A DNA stretch of 64,000 nt from Octopus vulgaris (taxonomy: Eukaryota). This document shows, piece after piece, positions 36,052 through 49,677 of this stretch; the stretch's first letter is position 1, and each line of letters opens with the position of its first letter. Both the position numbers and the translations under genes were made by a program. The notes beneath the pieces are model-generated. The model did not search any database. It was not told the DNA's origin and saw only the letters and a list, made by a program, of their open reading frames with translations. The stretch is taken from the NCBI GenBank assembly GCA_951406725.2, contig OX597815.1, positions 159,464,001 to 159,528,000 on the forward strand, in the 5' to 3' direction.

Positions 36052-38650
36052 TAATTAAAAACTGCTAATTGCACGCCATGTATGAGTTTTATGTGGACTT
36101 GTTCATTTTTTCGGTGGCACGTAAAAAGCACCCACTACACCCTCGGAGTGGTTGGCGTTAGGAAGGGCATCCAACTGTAGAAACTCTGCCAGATCAAGAT
36201 TGGAGCCTGGTACAGCCATCTGGCTCGCCAGCCCTCAGTCAAAATTGTCCAACCCATGCTAGCATGGAAGGTGGACGTTAAGCGATGATGATGATGATGA
36301 TGATTGCAATTAAAATAAATGAGGACAGGCAATTGATTCCATTGCTACAAGATCATGGTTGATATTGTTACTCCTTCTCATACGTTCTTCTGTTGGTTGT
36401 GCTTCTGCTACGGCAAGATAGAAATTCACAGTTTACGGCTATTTGATCCTTGTTCCTATACCTGTGCTTATGAACTAAGCAAATTAAAAAACTTGACAGA
36501 AATATTAATGATCACCTTTATCATTTAACATTCATTTTTCCTTCATGGTTGCATGTGTTAGAGAGAATTTGTTGAGGTAGATTTTCTTCAGTCAGATACC
36601 TTTCCTGTCACCAAGCAAGATAATATCTCTCCTTAGAGAAATATTACGTTCTGGCGGTGAACTGGCAGAATTGTTAGCACACTGGGCAAAATGCTTCATG
36701 ACATTTCATCCATCTTTCCTTTCTGAGTTCAAATTCTGCTGGGGCTGACTTTGCCTTTCATCCTTTCGGGTTCTATAAAGTAAGTACCAGTTGAAAAGGG
36801 CGGTTGATTTTAACTGACTTAGCCCCTTTCCCAAACCTGCTGGCTTTGTGCCAAAATTTGAAACCAATATTTCTCCTTAACCAGGCATGTTTTTTACAGA
36901 AGACTTGTATGTTGATGATACTCATTTACACCCATCACATAAGAGTGATGGGGTTATACACTCACATGAAATAAATGTGTGATAGTCATTGGTGGAACAG
37001 ACTGACCTGGGTGATAAACAACAACTGCAACTGTCTATTGGTGCAAGAATTCTTTTGAATGTAACTATTTAATAATAAGTTTTGTAGTAGATAAAGTCAG
37101 TACAGAAATGAGAATACTGCAAAAGTCATTATTGGAATATCTTAAGATACTAAAATATGATACTATGATACTAAAATATGTTGCTACAATCAGGTGGTAA
37201 AAAGGAGTTGTACCTGTATTTCAAAGGGCCAGCTTTCTCACATTCTGTGTCATGCTGAATTAAGCTACATTATGGGTACATGTGTCTGTGGAATGCTCAG
37301 CCACTTTCATGTTAATTTCATGAGCAGTCTGTTCTGTTGATCAAATCAACTGGAACCCTCCTCATACATCACTGATCACAATGCATTTTGCATTGTTTTA
37401 GCTTGGCATGAATTGGATGACAAGAACAGATGTGCCAGAGGATTCCACCAGGTTCTACATCTGCTTTGCCATGGTTTCTACATTAGGATGCCTTTCCTAC
37501 TGTCAACCTCTTAACAGAGTATACTGGGTGTTTATGTGGCACCAGTACCAATGGGGTTGCCAAGTACACACAAGATGAGACCCCTCAACTGAGCTGGGGT
37601 AAAGACTGGAAGAATAAGAAACTATGATAGAGGGAGAGGAACAGGTGTCTTGCTGAAGAGGTGAATACATGGCTTCCCCACCTGGAAAGTGAGGGAGAGA
37701 AAGAGAAAATATAGCCAACTGTAGATTGCTTTCTGTGCTTCAAAGATTTAAATTCATAAGGTAGACATATACTTGGATATTTTGAATTACATAAACCCAA
37801 AATTAGCAGCATTTGCATTTTTAATTCCTTTATTTCAACTATTCGTAATTATCAAATTAACTCTGACAATCTCGGCTACAAATTATAGCTGAATATCTCA
37901 TTATATTGTAAAAGCTACTTTCATATTTGCATGCAGCCCATCGATTATATTCTAAGAATAAAGTGATATTAGTAGACAACTGAGTTATTTTCAGTTGCAA
38001 ATTACGCCGTATTCAATAAAATTTAACCATCTGATCAACAGGATAACAAAACTCTCATGGACTCTTAATGGGTCTACCAGATTTCACTTACAGAGTGTAT
38101 ATTGGATATTTCAGTGTCCTTCTTCCCAAACAGAATTTCATAAGCGGTTCAATCAATGCTAGCATCAGAAGTGGGACACAAAATGATCATTGTAAAGAGG
38201 ATGAGTTGTGAATCATTATGAGTGGCAGAGGAGGAGGAGGACAGATAGATCTATCAGATAGGCTTGATTGAACTATCTGATACATTTATTCATTTGTCTT
38301 CCCTGGAATATATTGTGTTTCATAGCTTTATAATAAACATTTAATTGAAATAAATTCTTTCCTTGAACTGCAAACCTCTTACAAATTGCTTATCTTATAT
38401 TTATTTTAAATCATGCATTTATAATAAGAGTGTCATTGTTTATCAGTTTGCAACACACCCATTAATAGTTCTCTGTATTTCTATAGGCAAGAATGGCAAG
38501 TGGGGTATCTATATATGACTAGCTTTTTACAGTTCCTGTTCACAAAATACACACACAAAAGGTTTTAGTCTACCAGGGGCTTTCGTTCAAGACACTTCAC
38601 CAAGGTGTCACACAGTGGGACTGAACCTAGAAACAATGTGCTTGGTAAGC

Positions 38651-39000
38651 CATCATCATCATCATTGTTCGACCGTGGTTGAGACTTTCATAGTCTTTTC
38701 AAATGGTTAATAATGTGTGCGCGCGCTACTACTACACACATTGGAAAGCATTGTACAACCAAGTACTAAAGAAGATCTTTCCTCCTCCATGAAACAAAGC
38801 TGTTCCCGCTGGACGTCAACCCAGTATTTCTAAGCTACGGACCCAGTGATTTATTGTAAGGTTATCTCCCTAGATAGATTGCCTTCACTACGGCTAAGGA
38901 GCCCTTTCTACCCCATGGTAAGCCAACTTTATACCACAAAGACACCAACAAAAGACGGATTTCGACTGATGTACTTGCGCATACAAATGCAAGTTCCCAC
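38651..39000 (-). mobile_element. Short non-coding retroelement with (TGA)n tail and structured interior, probably RTE-related
   Basis: CpG-rich relative to its surroundings, ends ...ggtcgaacaatgatgatgatg on the minus strand and interrupts a family A SINE head. No coding remnant seen. Confidence 0.5.
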
Positions 39001-39199
39001 GGCTTTATTGATCGCATTCTCACCTGGAATTGTTTTTGTAATATTTTCAAGACTTATACACGCCCTGATACCGTCGGTATCTACATATCAAATTTGAACA
39101 CAATCGGATGGAGGATGCTCGAGATCCTAAAAGACACACACACAGACAGAACGGATTTTTTATAATATATATATATATACACACACACACACATGCATA

Positions 39200-39770
39200 C
39201 ATACATATGGTGGCTGTCTATTTCTTATGCAGAGTCTGACCACCCATTGTACTTACACCTTAAATCTGTTATGGCATCTCATGTAGCTTTTTAAACCTGA
39301 CAATATTTTGAAAAGACACCCACATAAATTGCATATCAGATTTGGATCACCAAGAGCTGCAGTTAAGTTCTGATCTATGTGGATCTTAAAATGGCTTTTG
39401 AAGCTTCCAATAGATTTGCAGTCTTCATGGCATACATGGCATTGACAAGTATGCACAGATAGATAGCCAGAGTAGTCAGTGGAGATTCACTTTTCATGGG
39501 TCTGCAAATGAGATGTGAGCCCAGCAAAAGAAAGGTATCGTCTATCACAAGTTGTGCACATAAAAATGTGGTTGGGATTCATTTTCTTGTTGGTTGTAGC
39601 ATTTTTTTAGATTTCTTTTGAATTGCACATAGGTTATCCTGGTTTCTTTAAAAGCTTTCACTCCACTCCATCGTTTTGTTCACCATCCAACTTGGCCCAA
39701 AGCTAGGGTTTCTATGGCCTTTGGATCCATTCCAAGTGATTTCATGTTAGTCCTTATACAGTCCTTAAAC

Positions 39771-39775
<5 letters not shown>
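39200..39775 (-). mobile_element. RTE-type LINE C-terminal fragment with C2H2 fingers
   Basis: KFKDCIRTNMKSLGMDPKAIETLALGQVGW, followed by CHVC..CKSIGSFKSHFKIH and CNLCGCLFKILSGLKSYMRCH. Confidence 0.7.
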
Positions 39776-39789
<14 letters not shown>

Positions 39790-39814
<25 letters not shown>

Positions 39815-40130
39815 CAAAGTGGGACAAGAATGCAAAACATCCGGACAGCTAGATGATACAAGAAAGGGACAACAAAACATCCAGATAGACGATACAAAGA
39901 AAACAAGAACGGGTCATTCAAAGTTTTCTTTCCTCAGTCAAGCACCAGATTATCCTCGCAATTTCGGCTGATTATTCTTGAGATTGCTCCAATCTGGCCA
40001 GCCCCAAGGAAAAACTAAGCTAAGAGCATTAGATTCCTTGGAAGAAAGCAGCAAATGTATACAAAAGCAAGGACGGAAAAAAAACGGACCAAGTTACACA
40101 AATAGAAATACAATAATAAATACAATAGTT
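39790..40130. repeat. Microsatellite-associated dispersed repeat, second longer copy at about 42420-42980
   Basis: Both copies share aaaacatccaga.aga.gatacaaa...gcaatttcggctg...ccagccccaagg.aaaactaagctaagagca.tagattccttggaagaaagcag and begin after a TA-rich tract. Confidence 0.8.
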
Positions 40131-41351
40131 TCTGCACAATTTACACTTACCACAGTTTTATTAACATTTCACTGGTCAATTCAAGGCTTGGGTAAAAATG
40201 ACAAAAGACACTTGCCCATGGTCCCACACAATAGGATGTAACTTAGAACTATGTGATTGGGAAGAAACATAGCTTTGTCTGTGCCCATTGGCTGCTATAT
40301 CAGTGAGCACAGGCAAGGCAAATTTTTTTCTTATTATTCTGACGTATTTAAAACACTCCTTAATCTGCTGTATATGAGTTAAACATTATTATTAGTGTAA
40401 ATCTTGGACAAATCCTCATCTATCTTTTCTAGTATTATTCTACAATTTCAATGTATCATTCTTAATGAATTTGCTTTCTTGTTGAAATATTGTTAAAGAA
40501 CTAAGATTTTACCAACTGGCTGATGCCAATTATATTTTCATATATTGAAACCATTTTCTTATTTTAGTTTTCTATTTTATCAACTTCAGGATCTTTACAT
40601 AATGTTCTCTTGTCTGGTTGTGGTGCTAATGGTCTATTTCAGCTTGTATATCAAATTCGTAATGGCATTCTTTAAATCAATAACCCTTCTTTTTCTCTCT
40701 TTCACTACAAGCATCAACTAACAAGGGAACCTTTACATGGTTGTAAGAACAGCAGACGAATTGCTCTCAAATTGTAACTAATCATCTTAACTCTTTCCTC
40801 CTTGGTGGTTCTGTTGGATTACCACCCTAATTACTACTATGGCACTGATTCCCAAAGCGCTGTTGTGAAAATTGATGCTGATTTAGGTGCAGGCTTCGGT
40901 GTGTGGTTAAGAAGCTCTATTTCCAACTATGTGGTCTTGGATTCAGTCCCACTGTTCAGCAGCTTGAGCTTGTGTCTTCTACTATAGCTCTAGTTTTACA
41001 ATAAAAAGATTTGGTAGATGGACAGTGAAAGAAACCAGTCATGTATGTGTTTATGTGTGTATATATATATATATGATGGTCACTCCCATCAGTTTTGACG
41101 TATGAGTGTTTGAAGGAGAGGACTAAAAGAGAGTAATAAAGGGGGGAAAAACCCATTAAGAAGCTGCATCTATTTGCGATGGATGTGTGAATGTAATTTC
41201 AGTCCGGGTATGGATTTTGCTATGAAGTCACAATGGGATATTGATGATTTTGATTTTGTGTGGGATTGAATTATTTTTTTTTTCTAATTGTATTTGGTTC
41301 ATTTTATACATTAGCATTTAATTGTAAAGTGAATGCATTTTGTTATTGTAG

Positions 41352-41451
41352 GAGATGCTCTGGACGAATATTTGCTGGACAATAAAGTACCTGTGTTCCA
41401 GTCAGAATTTTCACCCTCTGAGAACCAGCAGGCTGTGATGCAAAAAGCTGA
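41352..41451 (+). CDS. Internal coding exon (G)DALDEYLLDNKVPVFQSEFSPSENQQAVMQKA
   Basis: Acceptor ttttgttattgtag and strong donor GA|gtaagt. 100 nt, phase 1 to phase 2; G+GA gives Gly and joins the 28705 exon in frame. Confidence 0.8.
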
Positions 41452-43108
41452 GTAAGTTCTACATTTCTGTTGCTTCTTTTTATCTTTTAGTCAGTGGACA
41501 ACAGCCATTCTGAGACACTGCCTTGAAGGATTTTTAGTCAAACAAATCAAGCCCAGTATTTAATTTTTATGGTCCGGTACTCCCATTCTGTTGATCTCTT
41601 TTGCCAAACTGCTAAGTTACAATGCTGCTAGCAAACCAACACCAGTTGTTGAATGTTGGTGGTGAGGGACAAACACACACACACTCATAGGTATATGTAT
41701 GTGCACTGTTACACATATATCATCATCATCATTTAACCCCCATTTTTCATGTTGGCATGGGGTGGACAGTTTTACAGGAGACTACCCTAGCCTTCACTGT
41801 CTGTTTTGACATGGTTTTTGTAGCTGGATGAACTTCCTAAAACCAACCAATTTACAAAGTGGTCTTGGTACTTTTTATATGGCACCAGCACTGATATGTG
41901 TATGTATGTCGAACCGTTTATCCATACACATTGTTTTCTTTCTCTCTGTTTATTTTAATTCTCTCTCCAGTTTTCTCTTCTCAATCCTTTTCATTGAAAA
42001 GCCATCGGCTTGAAACGTCGAATACTTTTCCATTCTTCCCGAGTGTCAAACTAGTACACCTGCTTGTTGTTCCCTCACCTGCCTTCATCTTTTGTTTCCT
42101 GTAAATTTGAACTTTATACATGTATCTATGTGTGTGTATGTATACAGACACACACACACAATGGGCTTCTTTCAGTTTCTGCTGATGAAATCCACTCTCA
42201 AGGCTTTGGTTAACCCAGGGCTTTAGTAGAAGACACCTTCCGAAGGTGCTACTGAATGGGATTGAACCTGGCACCATGTGGTTGGGAAGTAAATTTTTTA
42301 CCATATAATTACATCTGTATTTTTATTTATAACTTTCCCTATTTTACAATATACATACATCCCCACCACACGCATTTATATCTATCTATCTATCTGTCTG
42401 TCTGTCTATCTATATATAAAAAGGAATACAAAAACAAGACAAAAACACAAAACATCCAGACAGATGATACAAAAAAGGGAGAAGAAAAAACAAGGACAAG
42501 AAAACAAATTTGGAGTTTTCTTTCCTCAGTCGAGTTCCAGATTATCTTTGCAATTTCGGCTGGTTATACTCGAGATTGCTCCAGTCTGGCCAGCCCCAAG
42601 GGAAAACTAAGCTAAGAGCACTAGATTCCTTGGAAGAAAGCAGTGAATGTATACGAAAATAAGGACAGAAAAAAAAAAAAACAGAAATGGTACACAAATA
42701 CAAATGTAAATAACAGGACATTAACAACGGGTGTCTTTCAACTAAGGACGAATTAAATTAAGCTGGCATGTGTGGAGGTGAAGCCTTACAGCAGGGACAT
42801 AAGAGATGACAGGCATGGGGCAGAGGGATAGAAGAATTAGGGAGGAATGAGAAAAAAACAGAAAAGAGACAGTGAAGTAAAAGAGGAGGGAAGGTAAGAA
42901 TGAAGAGAAAGCCAGGAAATGTGAGAGAGGGAGAACGAAAGAAAGAAGAGGGGAAAGAACGAAGTAAGTGTGAAGGGGATGATATGTATATATATGTATG
43001 TGTATATGTATGTGTGTATGTATGTATATATGTGTATATGTATGTATGTATATGTATGTATATATAAACGATGATGATGATGTATATATATATGTATATA
43101 TATAAATG

Positions 43109-43143
<35 letters not shown>

Positions 43144-43244
43144 ATATATACAAATATATATGCATGCTTGTATGTAACATCATCATCATTATTTAATGTC
43201 CATCTTCCATGCATGTATACTCATATTTATGTGTGTGTGTGTGC

Positions 43245-43284
<40 letters not shown>

Positions 43285-43314
43285 ATGTACTTATATATTG
43301 TATATATATGTATA

Positions 43315-43357
<43 letters not shown>

Positions 43358-43426
43358 CTATATATATATGTATATATATATATATGTATATATATATGTA
43401 TATATATGTATGTATGTATATATATG

Positions 43427-43461
<35 letters not shown>

Positions 43462-45028
43462 ACTACACTCACGGAGTGGTTGGCGTTAGGAAGAGCATCC
43501 AGCCGTAGAAACACTACCAGATCAGACTGGGCCTGATGCAGCCTTCTGGCTTCACAGACCTCAGTTGAACCGTCCAACCCATGCTAGCATGGAAAGCGGA
43601 CGCTAAATGATGATGATGATGATATATATATGTATATACGTATGTATATATATATATGTATACATATATGTATGTATATATATGTATGTATATGTATACA
43701 TATATGTATGTATATATATGCATGTATATATATATGTACACATATATGTATGTATATATATGTATATATATATACGTATGTATATATGTATACATGTATA
43801 TATATGTGTATATATATATATGTATATATATATATGTGTATATACATATATATATATATATATATATAGATGCATGTATATTTGTATATATATGTTTGTG
43901 TATATATATTTATATACACACACACATGCACAAAGCAATACAGAATTGGAGTTGATAAACTCTGGGTAATTGCCAGTGTCCATCCATGTCTCTAAAGTGG
44001 AACCAATTTCCATTACTTCACAAGCAATTCTGGTGCCGATGAACCTGCGAGAAGTGTGCAGATAATAAATTCATGTCTTTATCTATGCCTTATCAGTACA
44101 GCCTATAAGAGATTTCGATCAGTTAAGTCTACAAGACCTGAAGAGAAACAAAAAAGTCACACACACACACACTCACACATGCACACACTCACGCGTGTGC
44201 CCATTAAATCCTCTTCACTGAGCCCAGTTGCTATTACTGATCCCACAATTATTGCTGCTGGTGTTGTTGTTGTTCTTGCTACGGCTGTCACCATGACCAC
44301 TTCTCTACTACTACTACTACTACCACCACCAACACTGCTGTTACCACCACTGCCACCACCACCACTGCCTCTACTACTATTACTACTACTATACTGAGAA
44401 GGAAATATTTTTTTTTGTTTTTCCATATATCTGATATGCTCATTTTTTCTATGTTTGTAAGAACTAAAAGATTGCAATCAGTAAGTCTGCAAGACTGGAA
44501 GGGAAGAAAGAGAGACCAGGAGAGAGAGAGCGAGACAAAGAGAGAGAGAGAGAGAGAGATGTGCATATCCATTAAGTCTTCCCTACTGATTACTGTTATT
44601 ACTAGTGTTTCTTTTATCGCTGTTGTTGTTATTATTATCATTGTTGTAGTAGGAAAATGAAATGTATTATTGTTCTTTTTTGATATCAAATACTCATATT
44701 TTTCAAGTTTACCACATTTATCCAACAGGTGATAAAAGAAAATGCTTTGTATACATTGACAGATAGATATATTCTTCTATTCCTCTACTCATTGTAGTCA
44801 TTTGACTGCAGCCATGCTGGAGCACTGCCTTGCGGGGTTTAGTTGAGCAAATTGAACCTAGTACTTATTCTATCAGTCTCTTTTGCTGAGCTGCTAAGTT
44901 ATGGAGACATAAGCACACAGTTGTCAAGCAGTGAGGGGGAAACAAACACAGACACAAAGATACACACACAGATATATGTATATTTGTATATATACATATG
45001 TATATATACATATATATATATATATGTA

Positions 45029-45421
45029 GGCATAGGAATAGCTGTGTGGTAAGTAGCTTGTTTACCAACAACATGGTTCCTGGTTCAGTCCCACTGCATG
45101 GCCCCTTGGGCAAGTATCTTCTACTATAGCCTCAGGCCAACCAAAGCCTTGTGAGTGGATTTGGTAGATGGAAACTGAAAGAAGCTCGTCGTATATATGT
45201 GTGTATGTATATATATGTATGTGTGTGTCCCCCCTCAACATCACCTGACAACCAATGCTGGTGTGTTTATGTCCCCGTAACTTAGCGGCTCGGCAAAAGA
45301 GACTGATAGAATAAGTACTAGGCTTACGAAGAATAAGTCCTGGGGTCGATTCGCTTGACTAAAGGCGTTGCTCCAGCATGGCCACAGTCAAATGACTGAA
45401 ACAAGTAAAAGAGTAAAAGAG
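45029..45421 (+). mobile_element. SINE family A, full-length copy nested in an older antisense copy
   Basis: Flanked by the reverse-complement 3' half (44785-44970) and 5' half (45430-45585) of the same family. Confidence 0.9.
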
Positions 45422-46725
45422 ATTATTACGTGATGGGCTTCTTTCCTTTTCCATCTACCAAATCAACTCACAAGACTTTGGTCGGCCCTAGGCTATCACA
45501 GAAGACAGTTGCCCAAGGTGCCACATAGTGAGACTGAACCTAGAACCACGTAGTAGGAAAGCAAACATCTTACCACATAGCCATGTCTGTTTAGATTTAC
45601 ATAATATATATATTGCATGTGTGTGTGTGTGTGTGTGTGTGGTAAGAAGTTTGCTTCCTAACCACATGATTCCAGATTCAATCCCACTGTGTGACACCTT
45701 AGGCAATCGTCTTCTATTGTAGCTTACTTTTCTGCATTGAGAGGTCACAGCTCTGGCATTATGTACATGGGATTAGAATGTAGCTGGTAAGTATTGTAAG
45801 AATGCATTCTTCAAGCTGAGCCAACCACCAGGAGACCTTGAGGTAGACCAAGAATGAAATGGTTGGATATCTCTCTCCATAGTCTCTGTTGAAGCAGTGT
45901 GGTTAGTGTATTCGGGTCATGATTGTTAGGTTGTGAGTTCAATCCCCAGTGAAACTTTATTTCACATTGCTCCAGTCCACTCAAATGGCTAAAATATGGT
46001 CAGAAGCAAACTTCTTATTACATAGCCATGCCTGTGACTATATTGTATAAATTTTGAACCATATTCAGTTTGACTGCCATTCTGCAGCTAGCCTTTGATA
46101 TACCTTCATCAATGTTTTAACATCCATTTCCCCATACTTACATGGTTCAGATGAAATTTGTTGAGGCAGATTATCTACTGCTTGATCCTGTTTCTGTCTG
46201 TTACCAACCATCATCTGTTTCCAAGCATCCTAATATTTCCTGCTGTCTTCTATTTTTTTTAACATGGCCAGACATATTTTTATGGAAGATTGTAAATGAG
46301 TGAATGATACAATTTGTATGATGATGGCATTAGATTACAATTTGCTTGAACTGTTAGTCCAAGCAGACACAATTACACATATATGCATGTATATGTGTAT
46401 TCGTGTGTTATCCACTACAATTTTCACATACCAAATCCACTAATAAGACTTGAATCAGTGTAGGGGCTATTGTAGTAGACAGTTTATGTGCTGTGCTATC
46501 AGACTGAACTTGAAACCACATGGTTACATTATATATATATATATATATATATCATCATCATCATCATCGTTTAACGTTGATGATGGTGATGATATATATA
46601 TATATATATATAATATAACCATGTGTAAATTTACGGATTCAATCGTCTACATAGATTTAGCCTATGCTCACTCTCTCCCACTATTTTGATGTCGCCTGGT
46701 CAAAGGTGGAGGTAAATCTATTGAA

Positions 46726-46788
46726 GATGGCGCTGATGAAAGACATGAAGTATTTTCTTACTTCTGATCTAGAAACATGTTCGCTGTT
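46726..46788 (+). ncRNA. Degenerate type I hammerhead motif in a (TA)n-flanked insert (about 46612-46960)
   Basis: gatggcg-CTGATGA-a-aga...gaagta/tacttc...tct-a-GAAA-cat-GTT-cgctgtt. Stem I has G-U pairs and the closing pair of stem II is an A-A mismatch. Confidence 0.55.
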
Positions 46789-46957
46789 AACGGTAAGGCA
46801 TTGTTTTCGTTATTTATTCCTCCTATTTTGCATATGTGAATTGCAGGGTTATGTCGTATGTGGAGCCCCACTTGTAGAAAATAGAAATAAACAGTCTCTG
46901 ACTGCTATTTCTAATTCTTTCGGTATGCGGCAAACCAACCTGTTGCCTGCCCTTCTA

Positions 46958-46996
<39 letters not shown>

Positions 46997-49635
46997 TTAT
47001 ATTTATCTTTATATTTATAAATGTGTGTGCGTGTGTGTAAGGATTTAAGAATTGGTTTGTAATATGGTTATTACACCCACTCACATTATATTTATTATAT
47101 TGTAAAGGCCTACTGCTTTTTATTTAAATGTTTGTAATACATTTTTAGATTTTCTGAAATACAAAATGTTTTCAAAAATCAAAAGCAAAAAATAAAACAA
47201 CCCTTACAAAAGTAACTTAAACTTCTTTCTTTATAAATCACAGACTTACCAAGAAAATGCTGTTTTTACTTGTTAGCTTGTTCAGTGCATTTGAACTATT
47301 CACTTCTTGCCTATACTTGTGTTTATTTGTTGAAGAGTTGTAATACCACAAATGTAACACGCGTTCTACTGGGTTCTGTTGTTGCTTTCTCTTTTTCTTT
47401 TCTTCATCAATGGTCTCTGTTCATAATAGTCAGTTGGCCGACAGGAGTTTAGTAGAATAAAGGTTGCATTTTAACAGTGTCTGAATAAAGCAACTTGGTG
47501 AAATTCAAAGTAAATGTTAATAGATTCACACATTTCTATTGAACCTGCTGAGAAGTTAGGCATGAAATGAAGAATGTTCGACTGGAATCATGGATGGATG
47601 GCAAAGGTGGAGGAAAGCAAAAATAAAAAAACTCAGGATCAATGAAATATTGAAAGCCAAGTTCAAGAATTTGGGTTCACAGCCTGTATTATTCTCTTGT
47701 ACTGATGTATTGGGATAAAATCTCAGCACACACACACCGCTATACACATGCAGTTGATTTTATATATTTAATATCGTTGTTTTTACTTAAATATAATACT
47801 TGTTATTTAAGAAGGAGGCTATAAGCAGTTGAATCATTTCAGTGTTTATGCTGTATTTTTTATTTGCGATTTTAGTTGTATGAAAGCAAGGGTGACTTGA
47901 CAAGCCCCCTAACCCATTGGGGGGTCGTTGGGGCACTGCAGCCATGCAGCGTCTCTTGGTCAAGAAAGCCTGGCAAAGCCCATCACTCTCCAGGCTAAAC
48001 TCATTTCTACAGCTGAGTGAACTGGAGCAACATGAAATGAAAAGTTTTTGCTCAAGAACATAACAGATCACCTGGTCCACAATCTTTCGGTCATGAGTCC
48101 AACACCCTGACCACTAAGTGATGTGCCTCCGCTAATGTTGCTCATTTATACAGCTGAGTGGACTGGAACAATGTGAAGTGAGGTGTTTTGCTCAAGAACA
48201 CAATGCATCACCCAGTGCAGGAATTGAAACCACAATCTTACATTTGTGACTCCAACACACTAACCACTAAGCAACCATATTTGACCCATATATTCTACCT
48301 GTCCTGTTTTATGTTCAAACCAGCCAGATCTGGTCTCTCACATCTACCCTACAATGTCATTCTAAAAATAAGTAATCACATTGTTGAAACCTTGAAGCTA
48401 TGATTGATTGAAAACAATGTAAATAGGTATTACATTTGACAGAGTAATTTCTCCCTTCTTTGTTAAGAGGCACAAGCACTTACACACATGTACACACAGA
48501 ACAGGAACCTCTGCCTACTAAATTCAATCACAAGGCTTTGCTGAATCCTAAATAGTTAAGCCAGGCAGTTAATCTCTGATGACTTTCTCTTTCTTCAGTT
48601 TATCTGTTATGTATACAATACTTCAACTAAGTATCCTCTCTTGATTACTACCCAAAGCAGCCTAATCATTCTGGCCTTAGGATTTTATGCAAGAACATTT
48701 CTGTTGTGTTTCAACCAACAGCTAAATACACCATTTTAGTGAAGCCTTTCAAATTCCTAATTATTTTCAAAATTAATTTAAATATAGGCAATGTATTTCA
48801 TTAGAAATATGATTGTGAAATGTTGAAGGTTGAAGAAGTTCCATCCCTTTGTATTTAGACATTTTTTTTTATTGAACAATGTAGAAATGTGAATTACCTT
48901 TATCCTTGCATTTCTACGATTTCAGACTAAGTGCTATTATTTCCAAAACTTAATTTCCAGATTACATATACAATAGTGATTTTCACATTTGTAAACAATT
49001 TTAAATGAATTAACGAGTTTATTAAACTCATTATTCAATATATTTTGTAAAACAAATGAATTAAATTCAACCTTAAGAAAAAGTTGCAGTGAATATATTT
49101 ACCATTTTCTATGACATATTTAAAATTTTATATGTAGTATTTATAATGGTCTGCATCTGAAAATTTAAGCAAAAATTTGGTGGTGCTACACTGATCTGTT
49201 TGATAGTGGATATATTTCTGATCCTGGAAATCTTGGCAATATATACATGCCTTATAACTTTATAATATAATATGATATAATGTAATATAATGTAATATTG
49301 AATATATAAAGACTGTTTTTTAGAATTCATTTCTTATCATACTTTTTAAATAAATTCATTGTGGATGCTGTTTCTTTTCCTTTTATGTCAAAGCTAAATC
49401 ACTGAAAAAATTGTGAATGCTTTTGAAAAATTTTATTCATATGATGCTATTGATTTTGTAGTGTACCTTTTCAGTTTTGGTGTACTAATCCAAAATGCAT
49501 TAGCTTGGTATTTTGCATTTAACACCTAATACTATCCCTCTAAGAATGCATAAGTAATAAAAAATAAGCACCTGTGTATTTTTCAATTGAGTGGGTAAAT
49601 TAATCAAGGTATGCAGTATTAAAGATTCATTTCAG

Positions 49636-49677
49636 ATGATTTTACCAATGAATTTCACGCTGGGTATTGGATAACAG
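49636..49677 (+). CDS. Probable exon (DFTNEFHAGYWIT in the only open frame)
   Basis: Acceptor attcatttcag and donor ACAG|gtaagg, 42 nt. The open frame needs phase 1, which does not match the phase 2 end of the 41352 exon. Confidence 0.5.

Noticed and set aside
39030-39170. Second Helitron
   Set aside because: It resembles one Helitron end (aaatttgaacacaatcgg...acagacaga...ttttataata), but neither the TC nor the CTAG terminus is visible.
44056-44725. Poly-Leu/Pro, Gly/Ser and Val ORFs (also 448-657, 7496-7876, 59419-59613)
   Set aside because: Trinucleotide repeats with no splice support or complexity.
46664-47020. ORF with a gtaagg donor at 46793 as a host exon
   Set aside because: No acceptor with a pyrimidine tract, and the sequence is explained by the (TA)n-flanked hammerhead insert.
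48631-48640. U12-type donor gtatcctctc
   Set aside because: Imperfect match to GTATCCTTT, with no U12 branch point near the next acceptor.
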